Assembly (NCBI GenBank): GCA_963840185.1
Contig: CAWIXY010000001.1
Coordinates: forward strand, 388,808-452,807
Origin: an uncultured Actinomycetes bacterium
Lineage (GTDB): Bacteria; Actinomycetota; Thermoleophilia; Solirubrobacterales; Solirubrobacteraceae
Direction: 5' to 3'
Length of the DNA stretch: 64,000 nucleotides
Position numbers and translations under genes: made by a program. Numbering within the stretch: position 1 is the first letter of the stretch; each line of letters starts with the position of its first letter. The notes under the pieces are model-generated. The model ran no database searches and was not told the DNA's origin. It saw only the letters and a list, made by a program, of their open reading frames with translations. This document shows, piece by piece, positions 60,996 to 64,000 of this stretch.

Positions 60996-63900
60996 CTAGG
61001 CCGGGTCGGCCGGCGCCGCCTCGACGACCTCGGGCGGAGGCCGGTCGGTCATCTCCGGCGGCCACGAGCAGAGTCCGTCGCGGCCGGGGCATGTCGCGCA
61101 CAGCGCGGCGTGCGGCGCGGCGGTGACCGGGTACTCGCCGGCCAGCAGCCCGGAGGCGCGCTCGGCGAGCTCGGCCTGCAGCGCGGCCGCGTCCGCGGCG
61201 ACGTAGCGGGCGCTGACCGCACCGGCGTCGCCGGCCTCGAGGAAGAGGTGCACGACCTCGACCGCGGGCGCGCCCGCGCGCAGGGCCGCAAGGGCGTAGA
61301 TGCGCCGCTGGACGCCGTAGGCGCGCTCGACCAGCTCCTCGAGATCCGCATCGCCGACGCGGTCGGTCTTGTGGTCCACCACGAGCATCGCGCCGGACGG
61401 CTCGCGGGCCAGCACGTCGACGACCCCGTTGAGCAGCGGGCCGGCCGGGTCGCCGGCGAGCAGCGGGAAGGCGAAGGCGTGCTCGCGCCGCACCCAGGCC
61501 GCGCGGCCGAGCCGCCTGCGGACCTCGCTCGCCGCGAAGGCCTCGACCAGCGTGCAGAGGTCGTCGACCTCCGGGCCGTCGAGCTCGATCCCGTGCGCCG
61601 CGGCCACCTCGACGACCTCGTCACGGCCCGGCGGCGCAGCCCCGGGCGCCAGGTCGACGTGCTCGAGCAGCTCGTGTGCGAGCGTCCCGCGCAGCCGCGC
61701 CTCGAGGCCGGGCGCATCGGCGACCAGCCCCGGCGGCGGCTCCTGCTCGGGCAGACCGAGGACCCGCTCGAGGTAGAAGCGGTAGGAGCACGCCGCGTGC
61801 TGGGAGAGGGATGAGTAGGAGAGCGCGCGGACGGGCCGCGGGCCGGCGGCGGGCGCGGCGCGGAGCGGGCGGCTCGGCCGGCGCGCCGCTCTCCCCCATC
61901 GCGGGCTCCCCGGCGGGCGGCTGCTCCATCGCGTCGCCGAGCGCGAGCGTGAGCTGCTCGCCCGCCGCGGGCGCCTCGCCAGGCGGTGTGGGCGCCTCGT
62001 TCGGCGCTGCGGGCGCCGCATCGGGCCGGGCGGGCGTCTCGCCGCCCGCGGCGACCTGCTCGGGCGGCGCGTGGTGCACGACCCGGACCGACTCCTGGGC
62101 GCTGACGCGAGGGCCGAGGTAGGCCAGCGGGCAGCCGCCCGGGCGCTCGGCCGGCCAGCCCTTCGCGGGATCGGTCGCGCCGCTGAGGATCAGGCGCTCG
62201 GACGCGCGCGTCATCGCCACGTGCAGGACGCGGCGCTCCTCCTCGGCCTCGGCGGCGCGCAGCTCGTCGCGCAGCCCGTCGTAGGCCAGCGCCGTCTCCT
62301 TCGTGCCGTCCAGCCCGACGAGCCGCACGCCCAGACGGCCGTCGCGCGACGAGCAGGTCGCCCGCGCGCTCCGCCCCCTGCCGCCCGAGCTCGGCCACGA
62401 CGACGACGCCGAACTCGAGGCCCTTCGCCGCGTGGATGGTCATGAGGCGCACGGCGTCCTGGTCGCCGAGGTCGACCGGCGCGTCGGCCTCGGTCGCCGC
62501 CGCGTCGAGCTCGGCCCGCGCGTGGTCGATGAAGCCGCGCAGGTCGCGGCCGTGCCCGGCCTCGAACGCGTCGGCCAGCCGCATGAGCTTGTGGACGTTG
62601 GCCAGCCGGCGGCGGCCGCTGGCGAGGCCGAGCACGTGGAGGTCGTAGCCGCTGCGCAGCACCGCGCGCTCGAGCAGCTCGCTGATCCCGCGGCGGGGGG
62701 CCTCGCGACGCTCGGCCGCGAACCACGGGCAGAACGCGGCGAGCCGCTCGCGGTCGGCGGGCGGGAGGCGAGCGGCCAGCGCCGACGCGGCGCGCCCCGC
62801 CCGACGCTGCGCCCCCGCCGCAGAACGCCGCCTCGGCCGCGGCCCACAGACCGCCCTCGCGCGTGCGCGCCATCGCCATCAGCGCCAGGCCGTCGGACGA
62901 CAGGCCGACCAGCGGCGAGGCGAGCAGGCCGAGCAGGGCGGCCTCGTCGCGTGGATTCGCGAGCGCGCCGAGGTGGGCGCTGAGGTCGAGCACCTCGCGC
63001 CGCCCCCACCACCCGCGGCTCGCGCTCGGCAGCGTCGCGAAGCCGGCGTCCTCGAGCGCCCGCTCGAAGACGGGCAGGTTCGCCACCGCGCGCAGCAGCA
63101 CGACGACGTCGCGGGCCTCGCACGCGCCCGCGTCGACGAGCTCCCGCACGCGCCCGGCCACGAGCCGCGCCTCGGCGGCCAGCGAGCTGCGCGCCGCGCC
63201 GAGGCCCTCGCGCGCGGCGACCGCGGTCGCGGCGTCGGGTTGCGCGTCCCAGGCCGGCGCGTCGGTGAGCAGCAGCTCCACGAGGGGCTCGTGCGCGGGC
63301 GGATCGTCGCGCCCGGCCACGAGGGGCACGTAGTCCGGACCGTGAGCCTCGCCGAAGGCGGCGTTGAGCGTGTGCAGGATCTCGGCGCGCGAGCGGAAGT
63401 TCGTGGCCAGCGCCGCCGCGGTGCCGGCCGCCTCGTGGGCCTTGCGGCGGCGCTGGAAGCCGCGCACGTCCGCGTGGCGGAAGCCGTAGATCGACTGCAG
63501 CTCGTCGCCGACCACGAACAGGGCGTCGCGGTCGAGACGGTCGATCAGGTCCAGCTGCAGCGGGTTCGTGTCCTGGAACTCGTCGACCATCACGCGCCGG
63601 AACTGCTCGGCGTAGCCCGCCGCCACCGCCGGCGCCGCGTCGAACAGGTCGCGCGCGCGCAGCTCGAGGTCGCTGAAGTCGACGGCCGAGCGCTCGCGCT
63701 TGGCCTCGGCGTAGGCCGCGGCGTAGAGGCCGAGGAGCTCGTCGAGCAGCGCCACGACCGGCAGCGCGCGGGCGTCGGCGCAGGCCCGCGCGAACCCGTC
63801 GCGCGCGCGGCGGTAGCGCTCGCAGGCCGCCGTCGCCAGCTCGTCGACCTGGCCCGGACGGAAGGCGAGCTCGCCCAGCGCCGCGGCGCCGGGCGGCTCG

Positions 63901-64000
63901 CCGCCCGCCGCGAGCAGCGCGAGGCAGCGGTCGACGGCGGCGCGCGCGCGATCGATGGAGGTCAGGGACCGGGCCGGGACGAGCTCCTCCCGGGCCGCCG
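60996..64000 (-). pseudogene. UvrD-family helicase with a C-terminal PD-(D/E)XK nuclease (AddA-like). The 5' end is outside the window. 3 frame breaks.
   Basis: The helicase motifs are VMVDEFQDTNPLQ, LATNFRS, MTIHAAKGLEF and HVAMTRA. The nuclease domain is LVVDHKTD...YGVQRRIYALA, with Cys ligands (AACSYRFY...CATCPGRDGLC). The product runs through four successive frames, with breaks near 62815, 62340 and 61850. Confidence 0.85.

Overview
The window is 64 kb of very high-GC chromosomal DNA. G/C at codon position 3 is close to 100% in real genes. Gene content looks actinobacterial, possibly a Thermoleophilia-like lineage, but that placement is inference only. I support about 60 protein-coding genes. 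I found no rRNA, tRNA, CRISPR array, transposase or integrase.

Gene order along the window:
- A DUF1802/DUF1152 pair and a dienelactone hydrolase.
- A minus-strand CysO-type sulfur-carrier cysteine cluster: rhodanese-ThiF (moeZ-like), cysO, cysM, tatA, a JAMM/mec gene and a zinc-ribbon gene.
- A NarL-type two-component system with an SCO1, cupredoxin, membrane-protein and thioredoxin-like redox neighbourhood.
- Housekeeping and lipid genes: rbsK, a metallophosphoesterase, a CoA-transferase, ispH, an M28 peptidase, an acyl-CoA dehydrogenase, an epimerase and a WS/DGAT.
- An S8 peptidase, a DUF59 protein and FxsA.
- A visibly lower-GC patch. It holds an ECF sigma factor fused to its own zf-HC2 anti-sigma domain, followed by a large secreted protein.
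- An M19 dipeptidase, and a zinc-ribbon protein with a 700-aa membrane protein that has a Vps62-like domain.
- A TetR regulator with a flavin monooxygenase, a penicillin-acylase-family gene, an LVIVD protein, an SDR and a cupin.
- gltB, gltD and an asparaginase.
- A partner-switching module: RsbW-like kinase, a kinase-like paralog, a VOC protein and a STAS protein.
- A Ku and topoisomerase IB pair.
- A general-stress-type block: ferritin-like, DUF6766, CsbD, HAD, DUF6328, a SigB-like sigma factor and an ANTAR regulator.
- YihY, and the 3' part of an AddA-like helicase-nuclease that runs off the window.

The dominant anomaly is about 50 reading-frame breaks. Nearly all behave as single-base insertions. 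They are strongly clustered, with about 27 in 2.7-7.6 kb, while stretches of about 11 kb, including the 4.6 kb gltB, are clean. I read this as more likely an insertion-biased sequence or assembly artefact than true pseudogenisation, but I cannot prove that from sequence alone. Disrupted genes are typed as pseudogene, meaning 'as sequenced'.

All functional calls come from reading the translated ORFs and recognising motifs. No database search was run.
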